Position numbers and translations under genes: made by a program. From a virus (Duplodnaviria; Caudoviricetes), in IMG/VR virus record IMGVR_UViG_3300022824_000016, positions 1 to 64,000 of that record: a stretch of DNA of 64,000 bases; one strand, 5' to 3'. The notes beneath the pieces were generated by a model. That model saw only the letters and a program-made list of their open reading frames with translations, was not told the origin of the DNA and ran no database searches. Shown here one piece after another: positions 10,342 to 19,105 of this stretch. The first letter of the stretch is position 1. Every line of letters begins with the position of its first letter.

Positions 10342-10362
10342 AACTCATTTCCTCTCAGTCAC

Positions 10363-10893
10363 TTAGGACGCTTTCCGTGTTGCTACAACCGTCAGTAACT
10401 GCTTCTTTTTCTGGTAATACTCAGAACGTTGTGCGCGGCGTTTCTTACCCGTTGCGCTGATTCGACGGTCGCGTTCTTCTTCGTAAAACGAAAGCAATTT
10501 GCTTTGAAGAACGCTGACAGGAATTCCAATTGGAGAGGCACTGCGCAAAAATTCAAGTGCATTAGTACCGTCAAGTTGTTCTCTGCGGCGAACAGTCAAA
10601 AACTCATAGATCAAGCACATGAAAATGCGCGCTCTGTCACCGCAGATATCCCAGGTGTGAACGCCTATGCCTGCGCCGTTATCGCGCACGCTTCCACCAA
10701 ACCAATCGCGAAGGCGATACAGCAGTTCTGGATCTTTTTGCGTAACCGAAGCCATGAAGCCGCGCTTTGTGTGTCCACATAACCGACATGTCCCTTCGCC
10801 CTCGTAGATCCCGGCAGACCAAGCGACATCTATGGCGCTGGGAATCTTTGTAGCTTCAAGTTCCGGTCGATTTGGGCGTGTCCAGTTGTTCAT
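10363..10893 (-). CDS. Single-motif LAGLIDADG homing endonuclease
   Basis: WSAGIYEGEG motif, then SVTQKDPELLY.L...FGG.V; probable start MNNW at 10893. Confidence 0.8.
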   Translation of the reverse strand: MNNWTRPNRPELEATKIPSAIDVAWSAGIYEGEGTCRLCGHTKRGFMASVTQKDPELLYRLRDWFGGSVRDNGAGIGVHTWDICGDRARIFMCLIYEFLTVRRREQLDGTNALEFLRSASPIGIPVSVLQSKLLSFYEEERDRRISATGKKRRAQRSEYYQKKKQLLTVVATRKAS

Positions 10894-10918
10894 TGCGCTT
10901 CCATGTTTTGGCTTCAAA

Positions 10919-10998
10919 CAGAAATGGCTCAAGCCATTTCTGACTTGAGCCATTGCTGATTCCCTGAAGGGGGGCATGTGTCTCGATGATTCAGTTAC
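10919..10998 (-). promoter_or_regulatory. Late-operon leader element, copy 1 (candidate attenuator)
   Basis: Minus strand TCGAGACACATGCCCCCCTTCAGGGAATCAGC-AATGGCTCAAG-T-CAGAAATGGC TTGA GCCATTTCTG-TTTG; near-identical to the copies at 12559 and 18976. Confidence 0.75.
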
Positions 10999-11013
10999 GT
11001 CAACTGCGCAGAG

Positions 11014-12033
11014 TTATGCTGCTACCTGCTGCTCTGCAATCTCATGTTTAATTGCCTGTGATGTTGCTTGTCGACGCTGTTGTTCGTTCAAAGCCAGCGG
11101 GTCAGGCCGGTCACCGGATTTCACTGCTCGTGAAACTTCTGTAAAACGAGAAGGCTGTGCAATCTTTACGTCGGGATTGCTACCAATCTTCTCCGCCCAT
11201 TTGCGATCAGTTTCTTCAATCGCTTTTTGTCGGGCTTTTTCGGCTTCTGCCAGCTTTGCTTCGTAAGGTGCAGTCGCTTCAGCTGCGACTTTGGCATCAT
11301 GTTCCTGCTGTACCTTCTGCCGCACGGCTGCTTCCTTGCCAGAAAAATCGTATTTTCGCGCTACATAATCACGGAATGGCAAACGGGCATTCGTTGCTTC
11401 TTCTGAAAGCTTGTCGAAAGAATCCGGCAAGAACTGACCACCGCTCAATCTCTGATATTCCTGCATTGCCCAGCCAATATTACTAATTCCATTTCCTAAC
11501 CGCTGATCAATGGCTTCCATCGTGAAAGTTGGACTTCCTGGTGTTCCACCAGGAGCATTGGCAACGTAGCGTCCCTGCGAATCACGCGGTTGAGTTGATT
11601 GATCTGTTGAACTGAATAAATTCTGTGTCTGGTAAGCTGGTGCTTCTGCCGGAATAAATCCTGCTGCGCGGCCTGCCTCATTCTGTGCTTTCAGAAATGC
11701 CAACTGCGCTTCCAGATTGGCCTTTTCGTTGCCCCAGTTATTGAGTGCCGGCGCAATGCTTTCGTCATAAAACTGTCGATTTGATCGCTGTGCAACTTCT
11801 GCTGCTTCCTGAGCTTGTGTTGCTGCCTGACGTTCCTGTTCGGCTTTTGCTGCCGCTTCTGCTGCTGCCTGCCGTTCTTGTTCGGCTTTTTGTGAAGCCT
11901 GCAGTGCGGTCTGCCGTTCCTGTTCAGCAGCACTCAAAACTCCGGTGAAAGCAGTGATTGCTTTTGCGTCCAGCGCCGCAATCTGCTCATCATTCAAACC
12001 GGATTGTTTTAATATTTCCTGGACTGTCGGCAT
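11014..12033 (-). CDS. Capsid scaffolding protein
   Basis: 339 aa, Ala/Gln/Glu-rich coiled coil, immediately upstream of the capsid gene. Confidence 0.7.
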   Translation of the reverse strand: MPTVQEILKQSGLNDEQIAALDAKAITAFTGVLSAAEQERQTALQASQKAEQERQAAAEAAAKAEQERQAATQAQEAAEVAQRSNRQFYDESIAPALNNWGNEKANLEAQLAFLKAQNEAGRAAGFIPAEAPAYQTQNLFSSTDQSTQPRDSQGRYVANAPGGTPGSPTFTMEAIDQRLGNGISNIGWAMQEYQRLSGGQFLPDSFDKLSEEATNARLPFRDYVARKYDFSGKEAAVRQKVQQEHDAKVAAEATAPYEAKLAEAEKARQKAIEETDRKWAEKIGSNPDVKIAQPSRFTEVSRAVKSGDRPDPLALNEQQRRQATSQAIKHEIAEQQVAA

Positions 12034-12057
12034 TTCTCGTGTTCTCCCGGAACATTG

Positions 12058-12366
12058 TTAATATTGCGGTTGCTGGCCAACTGGTGTCGGTTGGGGAGGG
12101 CTGACCAAAGCCGTCTGCATTTCCTGAATTCCCTGTGAAACCTTTTCAGCTCCTGCCGCAAGACGTGGATCGGCAGATGCCATTTGCTTTGCGGTTTGAT
12201 ACCAGCGCGCAAGTAGCATTTGCAGCGGATTAGCGGGAGCCTGCGAAGGCGGGGTCTGCGGAGGAGCACCCTGATCGGGAGCACCCTGCGGCGGAGCACC
12301 TGCTCCTTGTGGAGGAGCGGCACCCTGACCTTGCTGATCGGGCATTGCTTGAGGCATCGTTGCCAT
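12058..12366 (-). CDS. Pro/Gln-rich small protein
   Basis: GGAG RBS; MATMPQAMPDQQGQG... Confidence 0.65.
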   Translation of the reverse strand: MATMPQAMPDQQGQGAAPPQGAGAPPQGAPDQGAPPQTPPSQAPANPLQMLLARWYQTAKQMASADPRLAAGAEKVSQGIQEMQTALVSPPQPTPVGQQPQY

Positions 12367-12423
12367 TGAATCTCCAATATGCAATGCCCCCGCAAACAGA
12401 GATCTGTCTGCGGGGGCTACTAA

Positions 12424-12534
12424 CTACGCCTTGATGGCGCTCCTCTTGCCACGACCCTTGCGTCCGCCCTTGCGGCCACGGCCCTTTTTCAAATGGCTGG
12501 CTTTGATTGCGCTGACATGCTTGCGTCTTGCCAT
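12424..12534 (-). CDS. 36-aa protamine-like basic peptide (not in the ORF track)
   Basis: MARRKHVSAIKASHLKKGRGRKGGRKGRGKRSAIKA*; AAGGAG RBS. Confidence 0.75.
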   Translation of the reverse strand: MARRKHVSAIKASHLKKGRGRKGGRKGRGKRSAIKA

Positions 12535-12558
12535 GATGTTTTCTCCTTGGGCTGAAAT

Positions 12559-12644
12559 AGAAATGGCTCAAGAGCCATTTCTGGTCCTGAGCCATTGCTG
12601 ATTCCCCAAGGAGGGGGGGCATGTCGCTCGATTGATTCTGTTAC
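12559..12644 (-). promoter_or_regulatory. Late-operon leader element, copy 2
   Basis: Variant copy keeping both alternative helices; TTGACA (12674-12669, minus) upstream. Confidence 0.75.
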
Positions 12645-12682
12645 ACCAATATTCCGAATTGTTTTTTGTGTCAAGACCAAAA

Positions 12683-12922
12683 TTACAAAATTTTTTCACC
12701 AATCCCGAGTAAAGCACGAATTTCGTTTGCCTGGGATTCTGAAATCTTTGTTCGCTGTTCGACGTTTACGCCCTGCACATTGCCTTGGTTATATTGGATA
12801 ACCATTTTTCCGTTTGTCTTGGTAGCTTTCAGCACTTCATCCACCTGCGACACGTTTGTGGGCAATTCAATGCTGACTTCGGTCAGGTAGTAGTCTTTTT
12901 GAACTTTGATTTCAACAGCCAT
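12683..12922 (-). CDS. Hypothetical protein
   Basis: 79-aa ORF after the portal with a GGAG RBS. Confidence 0.6.
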   Translation of the reverse strand: MAVEIKVQKDYYLTEVSIELPTNVSQVDEVLKATKTNGKMVIQYNQGNVQGVNVEQRTKISESQANEIRALLGIGEKIL

Positions 12923-12932
12923 CGATTTCTCC

Positions 12933-15011
12933 TTACGATTCCGAAACTACCGTCCGTGGATTTCCGCCCTGAGCGCCCTTTTGTCTGAGTTTCGGGCTTT
13001 TGCTACCACTTGGTGGTCGACCACCTCCGCCACCTTTGCTGCCACCTCCACCGCCGCCTTTGCCACCCTTACCACCTTCACCGCCCTGCGGAGGTTCCAT
13101 TCCCAGTTGTTTCATCAACTGTGCGGCTTGTGCAGCCGCAATAATTTTCAATTTTTGCGTTTCAAGTTCTTCATTGAACCATTTTTCGTGTTCGGTGTTG
13201 CCGGGCACCTCTCCATAGTTCTGCACATCCAGCTTCTTCATAACTGTGGACCACGAAATTGGCGCATTGCCACGTTTTAACTGCAGATATTTCAATTGCT
13301 CCTGCATTTGCGTAATGCGCAGCAAGGTGCTGGGCACAGAAACCAGTCGAATCTGTCGCGCAAACCAGCGTGCACGTGTTAGCTGGTCATATTGCGATGG
13401 CGTATTCGGGAATATTCCATTCACCATCTCATCTGGTAAATGGCTGGGAACTAATTCGTCGGGATTAAAATCAAAAACTTCCCGTGCGATATTGTCTGGT
13501 CCGACATATTCCATGATCCGGCTTACATTGAACCATTGCAGAATCAGGAATTTCATGCGGTAGCCAATCGCTTTGTTCGCCTTTTCGATACGCGCTGCAA
13601 TTCCCTTTGCAATTGGACCGATTGACTCCAGCATTTTGTCAGCCGTATCATTAGCAATGTTGGCCTTCATATTTTGTAGATTACCCAGATCCGTAAGACC
13701 CAGCTGAGACTGCTTGCATTCCTTCAAATACTTCAAAAAGGTAAAGTGTTCATTACTTACGCGAACTTCTTCCGGCAACACAGATTGCAAAACGTCTCTT
13801 GGTTTGCCATCGAGTCCAATTCGAACATCTTCTTCAAAAATGTCAAAGTGCTCAATCTTCGGTCCACCGGTTTCCGTGTGGTTATATCCCATCGGCGGAT
13901 TGAGAGTTGCGGTAATAACCTGATCGATTTTTCTTTCAATCTTGCGCGTTGTTGACTCAATAGAACCTACATCGCCTACCAAAGACCTGCCTAAAGGTTC
14001 CCATGCCCAATCATCCACTACATATTGAATGATGGGAATCTTGCCATCCCAGTCAAACGCCGGACCATCATACATGGGTCTGTCGATACCTGGTGAAGTA
14101 ATTAACAAACGCAGGTTGGGATATACGCGGCAATCTTCCACCATTGCCGGACGCATAAAAGGCAGGCCGTTGCGCATCCCGCCAAAAATTGGCTGTCCAA
14201 TAAATGGGACCTTATAGAACCACGTTGTCCCCACATCTCCCATCGGCAATTCATAACCGGTGTTATTGATGCGTAGATCTCTGACAAACGTATAGCGAAT
14301 TTCCGTATAAAGATTTCCAAAGCTGCGGCCCTGATCTCCATACCGATAGCGTTCGGCATAATCTATCCGTTTGGCCTGCACTTGAGTCTTGTAGCTGCGT
14401 GGTCCAACTGTTTGCAATTCACCCTGAAAAAGCGGAAAGCGTCCATGCGCTTCGGCAATTGGCATATAGTCGTAAATTGTGACGGCGTAAGCATCCTGCA
14501 CATCATTGCTTCTAGGAATCTGAACAGGAACTACATCCAAAAGTCCCAATGCTTCAAATACCATTTTGCGTTCGCCGTAGCCATATTCATCAGCCCGCAC
14601 TTTTGGCCACAAATAGCCAATGCCCATTACGCTGGCATACTGCAAAACTTTGAGAATCTGAAAAGGAAAATCCGATTCCAAATAAACGCACTTTGAAACC
14701 TTGGTTAGCATTTCCGCAAATTGTTTATAAGCTGGTATGTCCGATCCATAGCCAGCAATTTCCCGAACTTCTGCCAGCGTCTCACAGAATTTTCGAATGT
14801 CATATTTCAGTTCGTTGGTAACCAGTGTGGAGCGAGACTTATCCCTGAAAACAGCGTCAAAAATACGCATGTTCTGGCCCAACTCTTTGTAACAAAGTTG
14901 TCCTTCAAGGAATCCTTCGCCTTCCTGAATCTGTTCTTCAACCCAACCGACACGTGTACTGCCGGAACTTTCGAATTTTGGTACTTGCCATTGGGTTGTT
15001 TCAGGGTCCAT
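12933..15011 (-). CDS. Portal protein
   Basis: 692 aa between terminase and scaffold; Gly/Lys-rich tail; assignment mainly from size and synteny. Confidence 0.75.
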   Translation of the reverse strand: MDPETTQWQVPKFESSGSTRVGWVEEQIQEGEGFLEGQLCYKELGQNMRIFDAVFRDKSRSTLVTNELKYDIRKFCETLAEVREIAGYGSDIPAYKQFAEMLTKVSKCVYLESDFPFQILKVLQYASVMGIGYLWPKVRADEYGYGERKMVFEALGLLDVVPVQIPRSNDVQDAYAVTIYDYMPIAEAHGRFPLFQGELQTVGPRSYKTQVQAKRIDYAERYRYGDQGRSFGNLYTEIRYTFVRDLRINNTGYELPMGDVGTTWFYKVPFIGQPIFGGMRNGLPFMRPAMVEDCRVYPNLRLLITSPGIDRPMYDGPAFDWDGKIPIIQYVVDDWAWEPLGRSLVGDVGSIESTTRKIERKIDQVITATLNPPMGYNHTETGGPKIEHFDIFEEDVRIGLDGKPRDVLQSVLPEEVRVSNEHFTFLKYLKECKQSQLGLTDLGNLQNMKANIANDTADKMLESIGPIAKGIAARIEKANKAIGYRMKFLILQWFNVSRIMEYVGPDNIAREVFDFNPDELVPSHLPDEMVNGIFPNTPSQYDQLTRARWFARQIRLVSVPSTLLRITQMQEQLKYLQLKRGNAPISWSTVMKKLDVQNYGEVPGNTEHEKWFNEELETQKLKIIAAAQAAQLMKQLGMEPPQGGEGGKGGKGGGGGGSKGGGGGRPPSGSKSPKLRQKGAQGGNPRTVVSES

Positions 15012-15142
15012 GCGCGCATAGTAGGCAAATATAAGTTATTCGTCTACACCATTTTTATTAGCGCAGACTTTCCATGTTACATATACAAAATATAAGTTTA
15101 TCTATGTCGAGTTAGGTCCATAAATATACAAATTGAACTATA

Positions 15143-15532
15143 TTAATGCCCTTTTTCATATCCTTCACTATGAAGATAACTAATTCGGTTCATTTTGGTT
15201 TTGTCCGGTCGCTGATCATAGATTTCCAAATGTCGACGCAAGAATTCTCGATTTAGATTGTTTCTGGCATTGGCCATTTGATGAAGGATGTGATTGCGCA
15301 GATTAGAGCGGATCGGACCTTCAATCATTTCTCGCTGCTCATCTTCCATCTGAATTTTAATTGCTTCCTGTTTTCGCATGCGTTCTGACCACACTTCCGC
15401 ATCATGCGCAGAGTTACAAACAATCTTCTCAAATCCATAAGGAGCTGGATAGCGCTCAGGAAGTCCCATACGGATCTCTCCGGTTGTTCCGTCATACCAG
15501 TAAACTATTTTTGTGCTTAGTTGAGAATTCAA
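15143..15532 (-). CDS. Hypothetical protein
   Basis: Start overlaps the terminase stop (ATGA coupling). Confidence 0.6.
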   Translation of the reverse strand: MNSQLSTKIVYWYDGTTGEIRMGLPERYPAPYGFEKIVCNSAHDAEVWSERMRKQEAIKIQMEDEQREMIEGPIRSNLRNHILHQMANARNNLNREFLRRHLEIYDQRPDKTKMNRISYLHSEGYEKGH

Positions 15533-18500
15533 TTCATTCCTCCAACAGAAACCTTATTCACAGAGCATGATTTCAAAACCAACGGCGGCATTTTTTCCTG
15601 TGGCAAAGCGTACCGCTTTTGCGCTCGGTCCGCAAGAATATCAAAATCATGTGCAGTAAAAAACGATTGTGCGGCGGCGCGTACACGATCATCATGCTGC
15701 CCGCTTCGATGTTCCATCTTGGATATTCTTCCAGCCGCCGCATGGCGTTCCAGAGTTTTCAATTCCTCAATCAACCATTTTGATGACGGTCGATACCAGC
15801 CACCATTAACAGCTTCCGTAAAGCGTGTCATCAGAATAGGCACACTCCATACGTTAGAAAACCATCCTTGTTTTTTTCCTGAATCGTCTTTGATCTTTTT
15901 GCTGTCATAACGCCGTGGAACATGGTGCCAATGGAATCCCATCAGCTTGAGTTGATGCTGGCATGTATCACCAGGACGTCCAATTTGTTCCACGCAAAAT
16001 TTTACGCCGCGTGAATCCTGTGTATTCTCTCCATACCAGGCTGCCATGCAAGCCGCGAATCCCACGATCTGCGCAGAGTTGATCCGGTTCGATGTCAGTT
16101 CGGCAACCTGATAATCGAATTCATCGCCAAATCGATTCCGTGTCATTGATACGCAGGTTCTGTCTTCATCTTCTTTGCCAAGTCCATCAGCCGTATCGAT
16201 TCCGCAACTGTAGCTATAACCGGCTTTGGGTTCTTCGTACACCAGAAACTTGTCAAAGGTCTCCGTCTCAATTTCTTCGTTAACCGGCAAAAGTGGAATC
16301 AGCACCCACTTGTATTGCTGACCGCGATCTGAATTCCAGAGAATCCGTATACGGTCTTTATCATAATCAATGATCGATTCGTCCGGCTCAAAACCATCAT
16401 CGATGGAATCGCCGGTAATCGCATAAGCTTGAACCGGTTTCTTTCTTTCTTTTGTATCGCCTTCCACTTCATAAACATGGTTCTCAATTTCCTGAATTGT
16501 TTCAAGATCAAAAACGCTGTCGTGGACTCCCGTTAAAGCTTCAAAGTCATCGGCTGCCATCTGAGCCAACCAGATTTTTTGGGTGTGGTTCTTGCAAGCC
16601 TGAAGATAATTGAACTCCCAAAACCATTGCTGTTCAATCGGCATCCTCCAGTCTGCACCCACTACATTAGCCAGATAGGGAGTATTGCGAATGTAGAGTT
16701 CGCAACGCTGCACGTGCTTCCGCGTTACCTCCTGCCGCTTTCTCATAAAATCGGCAGGCACAGGAAATTTACGCACCCAGTCTGGCTCCGGATACAGATC
16801 CGGAACCATAGCCCAGGGAATAAATACCGGGCAAAGCCGGGACTGTCCTTTCGGCCAATCAGCTTTTGCCGACCGCCATGTATTTGCCAACCAGCCAGTA
16901 TTGCCTCCTCCAGTTCCTTCAAAAACCATGAACAGGTTGCGCGACGAGTGGGTGGCACGCAGCAGACCTTCCTCAATTACCTTTTCCGGTTTGGGAATAT
17001 CAGCGAGTTCCGACACATGAATACAGTTATGGACAGAACACTGCAATGTGGTGAAAGAATGCGCGGCATCATTTATTTCCACGTCGTAGAACGATTCGCT
17101 AAATCCTTCATCAACTTTTTCGATCTTCACATCAATTGCTGAACCATCTTCGTTGTAATGCCAGTGACGAGCTTTTTCGTGGGAGGGAATATGTTCAAAA
17201 TTGAGGGCCATTCGATAGCGATAGCCACACATCCCCACCATTACAAGTTTCCAGGTTTCGCGCTTTTTACCACCCCATGGTGATTGCATAGCTGCCTGGT
17301 GGTAGATCGATGCCCATCCGAAACCCAGTGAAGCCACCAAATCGCGCATCTGAAGCGTGATGGCTTCGCAGATACAGGGAGCAATGACGTGATTGGAGTT
17401 TTTTTCGCAGTGGCCATCGCCATCGAGATAGCCCTTCAAGAGATAAAGGCAAAAATCGCGGCCTGCTGTCCAAATCCAATCTGGTACATGCTTGTCGTAC
17501 TTACGACCAAAGTTTTCTGCCAACCAACGGGCCAACCATGCACAGGAAATGCAAACCTGTGAACCGTTTTCACCGTGATTCTTTGTGTGTATGTATTGGT
17601 CTTCGCCTAGCACTGCTTTGATTGCTGTTTCAGTTCGTATAGCCTCACGACGATGCACGGTGAAAGTTACTTCCGACAAATATGGCTTTTTGTTGAGTTT
17701 TCCTATTCCGCTTTCATGGCATGATCCTTCAGCAAGATAAAGCCCGGCAAGGTAGGCAACTACCGGCGAATACGTCAGTTCAAATTCAATCGCATGCGCT
17801 GCATCGATCTTTCCGCGCAGCATTTTTTGTAATGGTTCCCCATCGTTTTCAGCGCGGATTTCGCGGACTGGATAACGTACAAAATCGCCTACGCCTAAAT
17901 CTTCTGCTTCGCACCAACCATCAGGAGTCCAGATGCGATGGTCGAGCGTTGATTCAAGCGGCTGATAGCATCCCCATAGCTTGAGTATCCGTGTCGGTTC
18001 ACCATGACGCGAAGTTTTGAAGGAACACTTTACTGCTGCCAATCGACCATCATGGGTCAAAACCCGGTCGCCAAGCGCAAGATCCTCAATGGCTTTTACA
18101 CCACCATTAGCAACGCGTACAGGTGTACCCGGTACCAGGCAGGTCGGTGTCCAACCTTGTGCAATGCCGGTGGCCTGCATACCAGACTGAATCGAAAGGA
18201 CCGAACCATTGTCGTAGGCACCCTTCGGCAAGCGCCGCGGCACCAACCACCAGGGACAACGATTATAAGCCGTGTCCAAAATGCGACCGATCAATTCCGA
18301 CTTATCGGATTGCACGGAAGCCATCACGGCCTGAGTATGCGGAACAAAGAGTAAACGATGAAGGAATTTAAGCGCAGTTTTTGTTGTGACGCCAACCTGT
18401 CGCGCCTTGAGAATCATCAGTTCGATGGAGACCTGTTTTTCGTCAAAGCCAGCAATAACTCCATCAAATATTTTCTGAGATAATCGATTTTGGAATTTAA

Positions 18501-18795
18501 AGATCTGGCCTTTTTCGTCGCAGACCCAGGCATAGCGACTTTCAAAATAGCCGGAGTCCAGACCGCAAAGTGCTTGCTCGTTCTCGATCCAGCGCCAGAT
18601 TTCCTTTTGACGTTTCTGCGTGATGGGACGTTGCAACGTGACATAAGAGGACCGGGAGTTGCTCTCGATCTTAACCAGAGAATCAATGTACTGCTTAAAT
18701 TCCTGTACCTGTTCCAGTGAATGATAAACAGGCATCCAGCCTTCGAGGGCTGCGAATTCGTCCAGATTGCGTAATACAATCCGTTCGCTATACAT
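15529..18795 (-). CDS. terL: Terminase large subunit containing an intein
   Basis: Walker A-like ILKARQVGVTT, Walker B CIHVSE, EGTG coupling motif, nuclease GIDTADG and HDDRV. Confidence 0.9.
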   Translation of the reverse strand: MYSERIVLRNLDEFAALEGWMPVYHSLEQVQEFKQYIDSLVKIESNSRSSYVTLQRPITQKRQKEIWRWIENEQALCGLDSGYFESRYAWVCDEKGQIFKFQNRLSQKIFDGVIAGFDEKQVSIELMILKARQVGVTTKTALKFLHRLLFVPHTQAVMASVQSDKSELIGRILDTAYNRCPWWLVPRRLPKGAYDNGSVLSIQSGMQATGIAQGWTPTCLVPGTPVRVANGGVKAIEDLALGDRVLTHDGRLAAVKCSFKTSRHGEPTRILKLWGCYQPLESTLDHRIWTPDGWCEAEDLGVGDFVRYPVREIRAENDGEPLQKMLRGKIDAAHAIEFELTYSPVVAYLAGLYLAEGSCHESGIGKLNKKPYLSEVTFTVHRREAIRTETAIKAVLGEDQYIHTKNHGENGSQVCISCAWLARWLAENFGRKYDKHVPDWIWTAGRDFCLYLLKGYLDGDGHCEKNSNHVIAPCICEAITLQMRDLVASLGFGWASIYHQAAMQSPWGGKKRETWKLVMVGMCGYRYRMALNFEHIPSHEKARHWHYNEDGSAIDVKIEKVDEGFSESFYDVEINDAAHSFTTLQCSVHNCIHVSELADIPKPEKVIEEGLLRATHSSRNLFMVFEGTGGGNTGWLANTWRSAKADWPKGQSRLCPVFIPWAMVPDLYPEPDWVRKFPVPADFMRKRQEVTRKHVQRCELYIRNTPYLANVVGADWRMPIEQQWFWEFNYLQACKNHTQKIWLAQMAADDFEALTGVHDSVFDLETIQEIENHVYEVEGDTKERKKPVQAYAITGDSIDDGFEPDESIIDYDKDRIRILWNSDRGQQYKWVLIPLLPVNEEIETETFDKFLVYEEPKAGYSYSCGIDTADGLGKEDEDRTCVSMTRNRFGDEFDYQVAELTSNRINSAQIVGFAACMAAWYGENTQDSRGVKFCVEQIGRPGDTCQHQLKLMGFHWHHVPRRYDSKKIKDDSGKKQGWFSNVWSVPILMTRFTEAVNGGWYRPSSKWLIEELKTLERHAAAGRISKMEHRSGQHDDRVRAAAQSFFTAHDFDILADRAQKRYALPQEKMPPLVLKSCSVNKVSVGGMN
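17026..18141 (-). mobile_element. 372-aa intein with LAGLIDADG endonuclease in terL
   Basis: T|CLVPGTPVRV ... STLDHRIW ... YLAGLYLAEG ... LLKGYLDGDG ... FYDVEI ... SVHN|C. Confidence 0.92.
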
Positions 18796-18823
18796 TGATC
18801 TCCGGTTCGAAGAACGTCAGAAT

Positions 18824-18946
18824 CTATGCCTTCACGGCAGAAGTCTTTGCGGCCCGCTTGCCGAGCGTTTTGATTCGTGGCGTCATCTTCTTCAATTGAA
18901 CGAGTTTGGTCGAGTAGATCTGTTTGCCCTTTTTGGTTCTTGCCAT
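18824..18946 (-). CDS. 40-aa basic peptide (not in the ORF track)
   Basis: MARTKKGKQIYSTKLVQLKKMTPRIKTLGKRAAKTSAVKA*; GGGAGG RBS. Confidence 0.75.
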   Translation of the reverse strand: MARTKKGKQIYSTKLVQLKKMTPRIKTLGKRAAKTSAVKA

Positions 18947-18975
18947 GGCTTTCCTCCCTGGAACTGACTGCAAAA

Positions 18976-19055
18976 CAGAAATGGCCCAAGCCATTTCTGA
19001 CTTGAGCCATTGCTGATTCCCTGAAGGGGGGCATGTGTCTCGACTGTTGCTTTAC
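18976..19055 (-). promoter_or_regulatory. Late-operon leader element, copy 3
   Basis: Differs from copy 1 by one base in the hairpin loop (TTGG) across the core; TTGACG upstream on the minus strand. Confidence 0.75.
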
Positions 19056-19105
19056 ATCTATACCCAATCTTTTTTTGCGTCAAGTCTTAGTTATAAAGCA
19101 ACAAA

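Noticed and set aside
8548-10893. Group I introns around the endonuclease genes
   Set aside because: Flanking genes are intact, the endonucleases have almost no non-coding flank, and no intron core was recognised
12230-19067. ORFs 12230..12622 and 18417..19067 as real proteins
   Set aside because: They overlap better-supported genes in other frames; only their short leader portion is kept as a hypothesis
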